From positions 30,504,001 to 30,568,000 of the forward strand of contig OX597829.1 of NCBI GenBank assembly GCA_951406725.2: a stretch of DNA of 64,000 nucleotides. Reading direction: 5' to 3'. Made by a program: the position numbers and the translations under genes. Positions 40,007 through 52,109 of the stretch are shown here, piece by piece; position 1 is the stretch's first letter; every line of letters begins with the position of its first letter. The notes beneath the pieces were generated by a model that saw only the letters and a program-made list of their open reading frames with translations, did no database searches and was not told the DNA's origin. This DNA comes from Octopus vulgaris (lineage: Eukaryota).

Positions 40007-42567
40007 TTAGTTAGTTAGTTAGTTAGTTAGTTAATTTGGCTCAAAAGCAAATAGCAAGGCCATGTAGGGGGACATGGAGTTAAGTACAGGGTGGTGTTCA
40101 TGTAAAGAGTTCAGGCCACTTGAGGTCCAGGGAGGCTTTGAACAAAGCGGTCGTCGGCATCTTCACCATCTCGTCTGGCAGCTTGTTCCACGGATCCGCA
40201 ACCCGGACGGAGAAAGCTCCTCTCCTTCGATTGAGATGAAATCGTCGCAGGTAGAGCTTTTCGGAATGACCCCGCAGCTGATGCTCCGGAGCAGGAGTGA
40301 AGAACAGCTCTTTCGAGAGGTTACACTTTCCGCTTATGATGTTGTGGGCGAGAATTAGATCACCACGGCGGCGGCGTTTTTCTAGAGAATAAAAGTCGAG
40401 CGTCCTCAGCCTTTCTTCATAGGATAAATTTTTGAGACCATGAACCATGCGGGTAGTCAGCTTCTGGACTCTTTTGAGATGCTGTATGTCTTTGAGGAGA
40501 TAAGGAGAAGAGGCTTGAATCCCGTACTCCAATATGGGTCTCACCAGCGTGACATAGAGTGGTTGGAATATGGCTGCTGTGAGCATTCCGAATGACTGTG
40601 AATCAAGAACAGAATTCCGCGTGCTTTGTTGGCAGCATGGACGCACTGGGCCGAAGGCGAAAAGGAGGAATCCACCAAGATACCCAGGTCCTTTACCTGA
40701 TTGGTCCTCTCCAGCAGCAGACGACCCGGCTCGAAATCAAGTTGAGTTGCAGGAGGAGAGCCAACAGGCAGATGACAGCACTTTGACACGTTCAGACACA
40801 GGTCCCATTCGTTAGACCACCTCCAAATTTGGTGGAGGCATCGACGAAGATCCTCTATATCACCACGGGGAGCGACCAGTTTGATATCGTCGGCAAATAG
40901 AAGGGTGTGTTGCGTGAGGTCGTCGGGCAAGTCATTTATGAAGACTAAGAACAATAAGGGCCCAAGCACTGAACCTTGAGGCACGCCACTGCTCGCACTG
41001 GAGACGTCGGACCGCGAACCATTAACTTGGACTTGGAAGGAGCGATCTGAGAGGAAGGCACCAACCCATCGTACAATATCCGGATGGAAACTATATGCTT
41101 GAAGCTTGACAGGTAATAGGCGGTGGTTTACCGAGTCAAAAGCTTTGGCAAAGTCCAATAAAACGATGTCAACAGCATCACTGTCATCGAGGATGCGCGT
41201 CACCAATTCTTCCATTACCAGTAAGTTGGTCAAGCACGATCTCTTCGGCACGAAGCCGTGTTGGGAATCAGAGATGGAGGCTGTGTTTTGGAGGTGGTGC
41301 ATCATACTTTTCTTAAGGATGGTTTCGAACATCTTGCTGATTATTGATGTAAGGGAAATCTGTCGGTAGTTAAGCGGGTCTTTGCGGCTCCCTTTCTTGA
41401 AAATGACATATTGAATAGACGTGTTAAGGGCTCGCAGATGACTGGAGCCAACGCTTTGATAACCCGTGGGTGTATGCCGTCAGGGCCGTGACCCTTGTTG
41501 ACATCGAGGCCTTGAATAACACGTTTGACTTCGTCCCGCGTGATGACCAATCGAAGCATTGGAGGTACCGATCTATCAAATGGAGGGGGTTCACGACCAT
41601 CATCTTGTTTGAAAACAGTTGAAAAAGCCTCGGCAAATAATTGACTCTGTTGATAAGGGTCCTCAATCGATACGCCTGTTGAGTCTACCAACGTTGCAAT
41701 CTGGTTGTTCAAGCGGGAATTCCGTTGGACATGGGCAAAGAAGGTTTTTGGATTGCTACTGGCATTTGCCGCGATTTCGTATTCATAACTGAAGCGTTCT
41801 TCCTTTTCAATTTTCACGGCTCAGTCTCGTTGAGTTTTGTACACCTCAAAAGCTGCGGTCGAATCCAGATTTTTGAATTCAGCCCAAGCAATATCTCTGA
41901 GTCGAAGTTCTCGTTTAACCTTCTTCGTCACCCAGGGCTTATGTTTCTTCTTCTTGGGAAGCCCAACGGGAACTGCCTGGTCAGTCAACCAGATTACATA
42001 TGCTTTGAGGGATGACCATAGTTTGTCAACTGAGGACAACGTCATCAGGGATCGCCAGTCCAGAAGCGCGGAAGCCTTGGTTAGAATTTCAAGATTAATT
42101 GCAGAGAAGACTCTACGTGGCAGCGAAGTAGTCGTGGGTGTAGAAAAAGTTGTGTGCATGACGAACTTCAGGACCGCATGATCACTCTTGGCAAGAGGGG
42201 CGCACACAGATACGTCTGACACTGATCTTGGATAGCGGGAAAATACCAGATCCAGCATAGATGGCTGCTGCCCAGACCGATGCCTTGTCGGATATTCAAC
42301 ATGTTGCGATAGAAAACAATCTTCAGCCACGTCAAGAAGGGCCTGGCCGAACCGGGAAGATGTTGTACAAATTGATGCGGGCCAATCGATCGTGGGAGCG
42401 TTGAAGTCTCCTAGTATCAAACAGTCATGTGAAGCTGAAACGAATCTTATCGCTTCGAGTAAATGAGCATCGTCCTGGGGGTCGGCAAGAGGCAGCCTGT
42501 AGACAGCTAACATGGGCAGGCAAAACTCGGATAGGCTCAGCTTGCAATAGACGGCATCAAATTTTGT

Positions 42568-42570
<3 letters not shown>
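40007..42570 (-). mobile_element. Young 5'-truncated CR1/L2-group LINE (APE endonuclease + RT) with (TAAC)n tail
   Basis: ORFs 41821-42513 (LILGDFNAP, PTRHR, LDLVF, SDH), 41341-41817 (KGHGPDGIHP), 40541-41332 (QHGF, DFAKAFDSV, GVPQGSVLGP, LFADD) and 40098-40646 (LEKRRRRGDLI); gttagttag tail; sits within a TA tract. Confidence 0.95.
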
Positions 42571-42600
<30 letters not shown>

Positions 42601-42606
<6 letters not shown>

Positions 42607-43018
42607 ATATAAATATTTGTTCTCTAACCGATAAATTAACTGCTGCTAACTATTAGCTGCAGGCTAGTTTTCTCGGGTCTCATCGCGCCAAAGTAAAGAC
42701 ATTTGAAATATACATTTCAAATGTAATAGGCCGTACTCCATGCACGCGATATTTCGGTATCGTGTTGGCATCCAGTCTAGCAAATTGCATTTTATATGGG
42801 ACCATGCTGATGATGGCTGCACTTTTCCTTGCGGAAAATAACAGCCGAAACTAAATTAGTACATGGGTAAATATTTATTTCGTATATTTTCACTTGTTTA
42901 TTGCTTTGGTTTTGTGTTGAGTTTGATCTGAGAACATAAACTTTTTGTGGAGAATGGCGATTTGACGTCTATATCTAGCATGTTGACTGTCCACTTTTCG
43001 TGTTCAGTCCTTAATTGG
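42601..43018 (+). mobile_element. (TA)n-flanked, CpG-retaining, structured non-coding element carrying a hammerhead (retrozyme/Penelope-pLTR-like)
   Basis: Bounded by TA tracts; several stem-loops plus an intact hammerhead; no credible ORF. Confidence 0.55.
42802..42866 (+). ncRNA. Type I hammerhead ribozyme, apparently intact
   Basis: Stem I CCAUG(42802-06)/CAUGG(42862-66); core CUGAUGA(42807-13) plus extra U; stem II GGCUG/CAGCC; GAAA(42847-50); stem III ACUA(AAU)UAGU; cleavage triplet GUA, cut after 42861. Confidence 0.85.
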
Positions 43019-43054
43019 TATATATATATATATAAACATTATATGTACTTTACT

Positions 43055-43265
43055 TGCTCTGCTGCATCCCGGGTTAGTGGTCACAGAGACATCATTATGC
43101 TTAGAGCTGACCAGGTCCACCAGTGCTCTTCATTGCTGTTGGTCCCATGTCATCCCCTCTGCATCCTCCAAAGTGACATTAAGCCTCTGGAGATCTTCCC
43201 CAATCATGTCCAGCCATCATATGGAAGGCCTAGCAAGAGCTCTCTTCCAGCATGCAACTGCTGTG
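43055..43265 (-). mobile_element. RTE LINE C-terminal fragment
   Basis: RALARPSI*WLDMIGEDLQRLNVTLEDAEGMTWDQQQ*RALV resembles the RTE ORF2 end. Confidence 0.6.
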
Positions 43266-43302
43266 TTGAATGGGAGTTAATCTCTATCTATAATATACAT
43301 CT

Positions 43303-43344
<42 letters not shown>

Positions 43345-43346
<2 letters not shown>

Positions 43347-43722
43347 TTTATATATAAAAGAGAAGTTGTGTGTCTGTCTCCTACGATTTAGATTCCTAAC
43401 TACTCCCACATTTTGAGGTGCAGTTTAGTCATGATTCATATCGAGCCCTTCTGGGTATTAGCACGTGTCTACGATGAGTCTACGACTTTAAAAAAAATTT
43501 ACCATCCTTTTTTTCCATTTTAATGCATTTTTTCGCTATTATATAAGGGAAGTAACTCTCTAAAATGTCTACGATGAGTCAACGATTTTTAAAAAAATTT
43601 ACCATAATTTTTTTTTCCATTTTTAATGCATTTTTTTGCTATTTTTTGGGCTATAACTCTCTAAAAATGCTTATATAGTTATTTCCCTTACAAACCCGAG
43701 CAACGCCGGGTGATACTGCTAG
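43345..43722 (+). mobile_element. Non-autonomous Helitron
   Basis: 5' TC; subterminal hairpin cccgagcaacgccggg; 3' CTAG followed by T; internal tandem duplication; second partial copy at ~57510-57715. Confidence 0.85.
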
Positions 43723-45404
43723 TATATTTTAAAAGGTTGAATGTGAATTCATCCTATAATTAGAGTAATTACCAAAAATATTTCTAATGTTGTTTCTTCA
43801 TACTTTACTTTGAATTTACTGGTGTAAATTAGCATAAATATGAAAAGTTATATAGGTATATTAAGTATATAATTTAATTTATTAAACAGAGTTCAACAAA
43901 TTCATTCATATTTTACATAAATGGGTGAGATTAGATGTTTATATTCTTATAGCTATACGATTGTTTCAAACAGAAAGACAATAAATTCATTTTAAGAATC
44001 TGAGTTATGAAAAAGTACTCGTCAGTAGCCGAAAATAAGAAAAAAGCTAAAACGACTTTATAATTACATGGTATTATTACTCATTTTTGTAATATGTTAT
44101 TTTTCTTGGAGTCATGTCTATTTAAACCAGACTAAAAGATAACACTTGGGGGCTGATATATGTAATACTAAAAAGGGTAACATTCTCTCTATAGATTTGT
44201 ATAAAGGAGCTAATTCAAAACTCCCATATATGAAATAAAAAACTGGTAAGGCTGTATTTTAAAGATCTTTTCCTTAAAATACAGCCTCACCGGCTTTTTT
44301 ATTGGGGTTGAAGTAAAAGGTTCTGAACATCTTGCTATATTCCACGATGACAGTAAGAAAATAGGAGGAATTCAAACTACAAAAATTACTTTCAGACAGG
44401 CACTAGGCATAGAATACCATAGTGAGTTGCTGGTAGGAAAGAATATTGAATGCATATGCCTGGCTCTCTCTCCGATGTTGACCTCACTGCATCTTAGAGA
44501 AAAAGAGGGAAATTCAATTGGAATTCACTCTTAAGTAAGTGATATTGCTTCTAACACCTTCCTGTGTGTGAGGGGGAGCTAACCAATGTTTGCTTGGAAT
44601 GTTCTAGAACAGTCGACAGGGGAGATAACTGTAGTTGACGCCCAACGAATATTTTGCAAGGCCACAAACCTGTTTCAAATAGCGTTACCTACATCTACTT
44701 TAAATTTCTTCTTCATTATTACTAGATTGAATAAAGTACAGTTATACAGATTAAAATAGTTATTTCTAATACAGGCACAGTGTTAGAAACGTATTGGGAG
44801 GAGGTTAGTCAATTAGCATCAACCCCAGGACTTGATTGGTACTGCATTTTATTGACCCTGGAGGAAAGAAAGCAAAGTCAATCTCAGAATGCACATATTT
44901 TTTTTAACTATAACTGAAAAATTTTTTTTAAATAATGTGCGAATCTTGAATCAGTAAATTATGAGGAGGTGGTTAGTTAATTATGTCAACCCCAGGACTT
45001 GACTGGTCCTACATTTTATTGACCTTGGAAGAAAGAAAAACAAAGTTGACCTCATTGGGGTCTAAATCAGAACATAGATTTTTTTTCTTTAATCATAATT
45101 GAAAACACTTAAAAAACAACATACAATCTTGAGCCAGTAAATTTACTCCCTGGGTAAATGAAATTAAATTTACCCACTGAAGAGAATTTACTCTAGTTTG
45201 AGAACACCAGTACTATGTAATAAATTGGGAACCCATGCTATATGTAAGAAGATAGGAACTCAATTTTGTGTACTGAGGATGTATGTAATGAATACACAAA
45301 GGTGATTAAGTATGACATGTCAAAAGAGAACATCTGATATGATAAAATCTTGAGTATTTAGTAGTTGGAAGAGTAACCATAAAATAAAAGATATGATGTG
45401 ATTG

Positions 45405-45660
45405 GTTAACTCACCGGAGGTGCTTGATAGTTTCTGTTATCTAGGTGACCTGATTAGAGCAGGAGATGATTTTTGTGTTAACACAAATGTGAGTGTAAGA
45501 AGCAAAAAATTAAGGGGTGGAATTAAGAGAGCGATTACCTCAAGTAGTTAATAAAAGAAAAAAATTCTCTTCGTGTAAAAGGTGTAGAATATATGAAATA
45601 TGTGTAAAAAGTATATTACATAATATTAAGGTTCAGGAATTGAACATGTGATGCTCTGGA
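45405..45660 (+). mobile_element. Old RTE fragment
   Basis: gaggtgcttgatagtttctgttatctaggtgac = EVLDSFCYLGD. Confidence 0.6.
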
Positions 45661-46551
45661 GAAGCTAGAGAGAAATAAAGTAGGTATGACAGGTACAGAT
45701 GTGACAGTGGGGTTAAGAAGCTCACTTTGCAACCAATTGGCATCAGATTCAGTCCCACTGTGTGACACCTTAGGTAAGTGCCTTTTATAGCCTTAGGCCA
45801 ACCAATGCCTTGTGAATGGATTTGGTAGATGAAACTGAATAGAAGCCTAATGTATGTATGTATGTACATCTTGTATATATAAATGTATATATATACATGA
45901 AGTCAAATATATGTCCAGTCATAGAGTGACCAATGGTTTCACATCCATAAAGTACTTTTTACAGCCCTAATCAACAAATGGGGAGATTCCATGCCTGCAG
46001 CAAGTAGCACCTGAAATGGCAGCAGGGACTATAGATCTCATTTCTTGAGTTTAAAAGAGGTCCCAGATCAAGTGAGTCTTTAAGGATCCTTGCCTATGGA
46101 AAAGAAAATGTGTTTAACTATGGGAAAAAAATTGCATTGCTTTGCAGTCAGATGTGGGTTGGTGATAGGAACAGTATCTGATCATGGAAAATTGGCCCCA
46201 ACAAACACTGCTCGTATGACAATGATGCTCATTGAGAAACATTACATGATGTCTAGATAAGTGCACACACAAAATGAAAGAAACCAGCCATATATGTATT
46301 TACCAAATCCACTCACAAGGCTTTGTTCATTCTGGGGCTATAGTAGAAGATACTTGCCCAAAGTGCTTTGCTACAGAACTGAACCCATGACCACATATTT
46401 GGAAACTTCAAAACTGTGATGCATTTAGTTCAGTATTCTATCACTCACTACTACTAAAGTGTCGCTCTTTTAATGCAAACCCTCAAATGATGGATATCAT
46501 CAATTGATATTACAAAAATTTTACATGGATATGGCCATGATCAAAGATAAG

Positions 46552-46980
46552 TATTCTTTTATTCTTTTATTTGTTTCAGTCATTTGACTGCGGCCATGCT
46601 GGAGCACCGCCTTTAGTTGAGCAAATCGACCCCAGGACTTGTTCTTTGGAAGCCTAGTACTTATTCTATTGGTCTCTCTTGCCGAACCGCTAAGTGATAG
46701 GAATGCAAACACACCAGCATCGGTTGTCAAGCCATGTTGGGAGGGACAAACACAAACACACAAACCTATACATACATACATACACATATACACACACACA
46801 CACAAATATACACATATATACGACGGGCTTCCTTCAGTTTCTACCAAATCCACTCGTAAGGCTTTGGTCGGCCTGAGGCTATAGTAAAAGGCACTTGCCC
46901 AAGGTGCTACACAGTGGGACTGAACCTGGAACCATGTGGTTGGTGAGCAAGCTACTTACCACACAGCCACTCCTGCGCCT
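46552..46980 (-). mobile_element. Full-length SINE family A
   Basis: Reverse complement of 59932-60389. Confidence 0.9.
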
Positions 46981-47367
46981 ATACTATTGTAAATTTTATT
47001 GTACAAAAGATGAACAATCATTATTTCGCACGTATTTAAAGTGAAAATAAGTCTTAAAATTACCATTTAGGAAAAGAGATATTCTTTGTTTTTTGTTTGG
47101 CACACACATTCATGCAACCTTTTTCTACTGTTTAAGGATTAATGATACTTTAACATTGTTGTCTTGAGATCCTCATTATGCCAAATAACAATAACACATA
47201 CAGGTTCAATTCCACTTCTTTATTACTAGACAATTGGTTAAATATCTGACCAATGGGTTGTTTATCATTATTAGCATAATGACCCTTCTAAGACACAAGA
47301 TTTGTTTCAAGACAGAAATTTACATCAAGAATCTTGCAAACTAAATACAAAAACGAAAATATTTAAA

Positions 47368-47579
47368 CCCTTTAGCATTTAAACTAGGCATATCTGGCCC
47401 AAATATTCTACTTGCTTTATGCTCTAACTGGCCAGATCCAGCCTCTCACACATACTCTACAACATCATTCTAAAAATAAATAGTTACATCATCAAAATCT
47501 CAAAGCAATGAGAATGTACGATTAAGTCAAAACTGAATAAATAAGCATTACATTTCACAGAAATCTAAATGCTAAAGGG
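47368..47579. mobile_element. piggyBac-type MITE (family 1), opposite orientation
   Basis: TIRs ccctttagcattta / taaatgctaaaggg. Confidence 0.8.
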
Positions 47580-47629
47580 ATGAGGATTTCAACATTGTTG
47601 GCTTGAAAATAGGAATCAAATTGGAATTT

Positions 47630-48133
47630 TATGTACATTATTTACATTTGACAGATATTTGTCCTCATCTTGTTTGTTGTTAGCACAATGTTTCAGCTGA
47701 TATACTCTCCAGCCTTCTTCAGGTGTTCTGGGGAAATTTCAAACCTGGGTTCTCATTTCTAAGGTATTTGTTGTTGTTGTTGCTGTTGCTCTTCTTCTTC
47801 TTCTTCTTCCTTAATACCAGTTCTCATATGCTACTCATATCTGCACTCGATCTGCTTAGGAGGTTGTTGTGTCCTAGCATATGTGCTTCTTCTTTTAGTT
47901 TTCGTATTTTCCAGTGGTGTTCTCTTTCTATTATTTTAACTTCATCCCACAAGGGAGGTGGTTTCCATTTTTCCATACATGATCAGCTATACCCAATTTA
48001 TCAATATTTCTTCATATCACAGCTTTGCGATGTTACTCTACCCTTATTTTGAAGGGATAGCATGTTTTACTTTGTATAACTTACCACAGGTGCAAGGGAT
48101 GGAGTACATGCAGTCTTTGGTCATATTCTCCTC
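47630..48133 (-). mobile_element. Penelope-like element 3' fragment: GIY-YIG endonuclease plus downstream pLTR-like segment
   Basis: 47810-48133 translates with frameshifts as KDCMYSIPCTCGKLYK..TC.PFKIRVE*HRKAV...GIADHVWKNGNH..WDEVKIIEREHHWKIRKLKE, the GIY-YIG pattern of Penelope ORFs; hammerhead downstream on the same strand. Confidence 0.85.
47682..47727 (-). ncRNA. Minimal type I hammerhead ribozyme (Penelope-associated), likely CpG-decayed
   Basis: AACAC-CUGAAGA-A-GGCUG(GAGAGUAUAU)CAGCU-GAAA-CAUU-GUGCU. Confidence 0.7.
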
Positions 48134-48139
48134 AAAGTT

Positions 48140-48465
48140 GTTTTGGGCAAGTGTCTTCTACTATAGCATCGGGCCGACCAAAGCCTTGTCAGTGAATTTG
48201 GTAGAGAGAAACTGAAAGAAGCCTGTTGTATATATGTATATATATATATATGTATGTGTGTGTTTGCGTGTCTGTGTTTGTCCCCCCAACATCACTTGAC
48301 AACCGATGCTGGTGTGTTTACATCCCCATAATTTAGCAGTTCAGCAAAAGAGACCGACAGGCTTACAAAGAATAAGTCCTGGGATCAATTTGCTTGACTG
48401 AAGGCGGTGCTCCAGCATGGCCACAGTCAAATGACTGAAACAGGAAAAAGAGAGTAAAAGAGAGT
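48140..48465 (+). mobile_element. 5'-truncated SINE family A
   Basis: ttgggcaagtgtcttctactatagc...aatgactgaaacagg. Confidence 0.85.
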
Positions 48466-51400
48466 ATGTATCACTTTCTTTCTAATGTCCAGTGATGAAG
48501 GATAAACCTCTTATATAGGATCTGCTCATGACTCTCACATAAATATAAAACAAATTGCTGGAAGAGAAAATTATAGTAAATTTCACTGATTAATTAATCT
48601 CATGATATTACTGGTTCTTATTCTTTTCTGCTTGAAAAAGAGAAGAAAATAACAGAAGAATAAAAGAACAAGTCAGTTGTAGAGGGATTAGAATTCAAAA
48701 CAGTTAATTAATGTACAAAATATGATAAAGCATCTTGCCTAGCACTGCTATAACTATTTTGCCATTTCAATCATTCTTGTGTATTAAATCTACTACGTAT
48801 GTGGGAAATTCTGTCTGTGGGTGCGTTTGTGGAGTTGTTAGCTAACTCCTCCTACATTGTTGTATCGATTTTGATAAAACGTGAGAACTCATATCTGGAA
48901 ATCTAATGGCATACTCAGATTGTTGAAAACAATTGATAATAGGGCACCTGGAAGGGATCCTTATATATATCTAATATATTTCATTTTAATAGCCAAGGGA
49001 AATAACCCATTTACCAGATTTTAACAGCAAAGGGAAATAACTAATTTGCCAGATTTTAATAGCCAAGGGAGATAACCTATTCAATTTTCTTAATTCATTT
49101 GGTATAAATCAAATTGAGCATGCTTTTTTCTCAGCATTTGAACTATTAGAGTTATTTTTGCAATTTATCCAGTACAACCCTTAAACAAGTAAATAGTATT
49201 TTCCTAACCAATAGATCCACTTATTTCAGTTAATGACTTATTTATGAATACTAGTGACTTATTCATGAACACTAGTGCTGATGAGGGTAATATTCTCTGG
49301 GAACGCACAAAAGCTCTTTACAGAGTTATTTACTTTGAATTGTTATTATCTCCTCTCTGATTAGCCTGTTATTACGTAACATGTTTCATGATTTTAGTAT
49401 ACATACCTTATTAGTATTTCCTCCTAAGTTCTATATACTCTGGGAATGCATTAAAGCCCTTTTCGGGACTACATTATTTGAATTCTTACTATCGAGTAAC
49501 TAATTTCATGTTACTACATAACTAACTTCACAATTTGGGTATTCATAACTTATTTGGGATTCTTAAAAACAAGATCCTGTATAAGACAGTTCACTGTTCT
49601 CTGCAAATGCACAAAAACCGTTTCAAGGGCAACATACTTTGTATTGTTGTTATTGGATTAGCAAAACAATTATGAGAATGGACCAAGGGATAAGCCCCTC
49701 TTTCCGGAGAATTACCGAGTACATCAACTAGTTCTAACATAAGCACAAAGCTTTGAATATGAGGAAGGAGGTAAGTCATAGCACCTAATTGTAGTAAGGT
49801 TACAAGCACCTTATTTGTGGACTCATGGAATGATGAAAGGCAAAGTTGACCTTGGTGGAGTTTGCAATGAATGAAGAATGGCAATTTTATGAAACATAAT
49901 GAAGGAGTAATTGAATGGATCATTATCAGGTTCAAGTTCATCAAGTAGGGATTCAGATTCAATTGTTTGATTAGCTGAACTACCAGGGTCATTGAACTGA
50001 CATGCAAATAAGTGACTGAGTATTCCACAGATGTGCATGCCTTTAACATAATTTCCAGGCAGAATCAGCATGACATAGAGTGTGACAAGGCTGAGAATTC
50101 CTCAGACATGTGTACCCTTAACATAATTTCCAGGCAGAACCAGCATGACATAATATGTTACGAAGATGTACCTTTGAATTAGAGGCTTCTAAGTTTCGGT
50201 CTACTTCATTCCATTTACAAGGCTTAGGTAAAGAAACTTGCTCAAGATGCTATGTCATAGAATGGGGTCAAACTTTGAAGCTTATGGTTGCAAAGCTGAT
50301 TTCTTGACCAAGTTAAAAAGTTAGCAAAGCTTACTTCTTAGCCATGCTGCATCCATGTCAAAGAAGAACACAGTTGATAACAATCCACTCCAAATATTAA
50401 CTGGTATAGTTATTTTACCAAATTCCTTCTCTGTCTCTCTTCACTGTGGAAGCAAAACAACACATCACTTAATACTAACAAATAAAACCCATTAAGAACT
50501 ATTATGCAAAAGATGTGTTTTTGGTCATCCTTAATATAGCTTATTGTGTCTGATCTCTTACCTTATATTGGAACTGGTCTGCTTTTACCAAATAACAAAA
50601 GCTATATCAGGAACACCACAAAGTGACTAATGCCAAACTATATCACGAGAGCAGTCAGCAAATTGTACAACTGCCAATTTGGTTTTTAAACTGTGCACTT
50701 CACAAATTTATTTTGGATCTTATTGATTTATGAATAGATTGGTCCAACTTTGTGTTGGAACTGCAGCCACAAAAATATTTATTATTGTCATATCGAATTT
50801 AGTTTGTCTGTTATAGTATTAACTATAATGTGTATCCATTTGATGAGAAGTTTAACGATGAAGATGATGAAGAGGCTGACAACAATGATGATATCAGTGT
50901 GATAATGAAAATGAGGATGAAAATCATCATCACCAGCATTGTTGCTATGATGATGATTATGATGGAAGTAGTAGTACTGGTGGTATTGCAGAGGGTTATG
51001 TTGATGATGGTAGGGATGACAACAATAGTGTGCTGGTGGTGAAGATGACAGTGGTTGCAGTGATGTTAGAGATGATGATATTTACCAGTGACCAGGGAGG
51101 ATGTGTGAGAAGAGAAAGTGCAATCATTATAAAATATCAAACGTGTCAGATCCATTACAAGCAAGTAGCATGACAAATGAGATATCACTTGCAAGCTATC
51201 AAAACTAGAGGGCAATATCATATTTGTCATGTTACTCTCATTCTTTTAATGTTAGGTAGTTAATTAATAAACAGGACTTAACATTTGAAACACAAAATAA
51301 TCTGCTGCTTTGAATGTCTGGAACATGTTGTCCAAATACTGAAAACAGAATGGTCTGTATGAAGAAATAGCTAGCCATTCCTTTTATTGTTTAAGGTCTT

Positions 51401-51944
51401 TCATACATTTTGGGGAAACAAACTTGAAATTTGCAATCCAAGCATGTAAGGACGCATGAATTTGTCTGGTCTACAAGCAAAGGGCACTGTGCATGAAGAG
51501 AGAGGCTTTTGTTTACAGTTAGGGAATATATGTGAAGATGAGAGTAGATATAAATTTACTCATTCAAACACACACTTGCACACAGGCTTGCACACCTGGC
51601 TGTGTTGTAATATAATCTTACTTTTTATATAATATATATTATAAATTATATTATATATTATATTTTATATATTATCTTACTTTTATTGGAAGGGTGATAG
51701 GAAGAATCTGAGAAACTATTGTCCCATATACCTTGTCTCACCACTGCAAACTGTTTACAAATGTCATAGACATGTATATATATATAAAATCTAAATTAGA
51801 GATAAAACAACTATTATGCAACTCAAACAGTGATAGACATAAACCAATACATAAATAACAAATAATATATATTTTTATAAAACCTAACTTATAACTAGAT
51901 CTCAAAAAGTATAAAAATGAATGATCAATATATAATATAAGTAA

Positions 51945-51977
<33 letters not shown>

Positions 51978-52109
51978 TACATGACTTTTGAACCATCTTA
52001 ATGACAAACAATGACTGGAACAAGCAGGTTTTTGGAACAACTATGGCAGGATAAGACTACATATTAACTCTAACTCAGCAAAAACCAGTGAAAGAGTATC
52101 AGCTGCCTC

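Noticed and set aside
49272-49310. ctgatga motif here and at ~4654, ~23583 and ~29167 (minus)
   Set aside because: No properly placed stem II plus GAAA and no pairing stems I/III.
49591-50049. 152 aa ORF
   Set aside because: Mostly spans SINE fragments; no recognisable protein signal.
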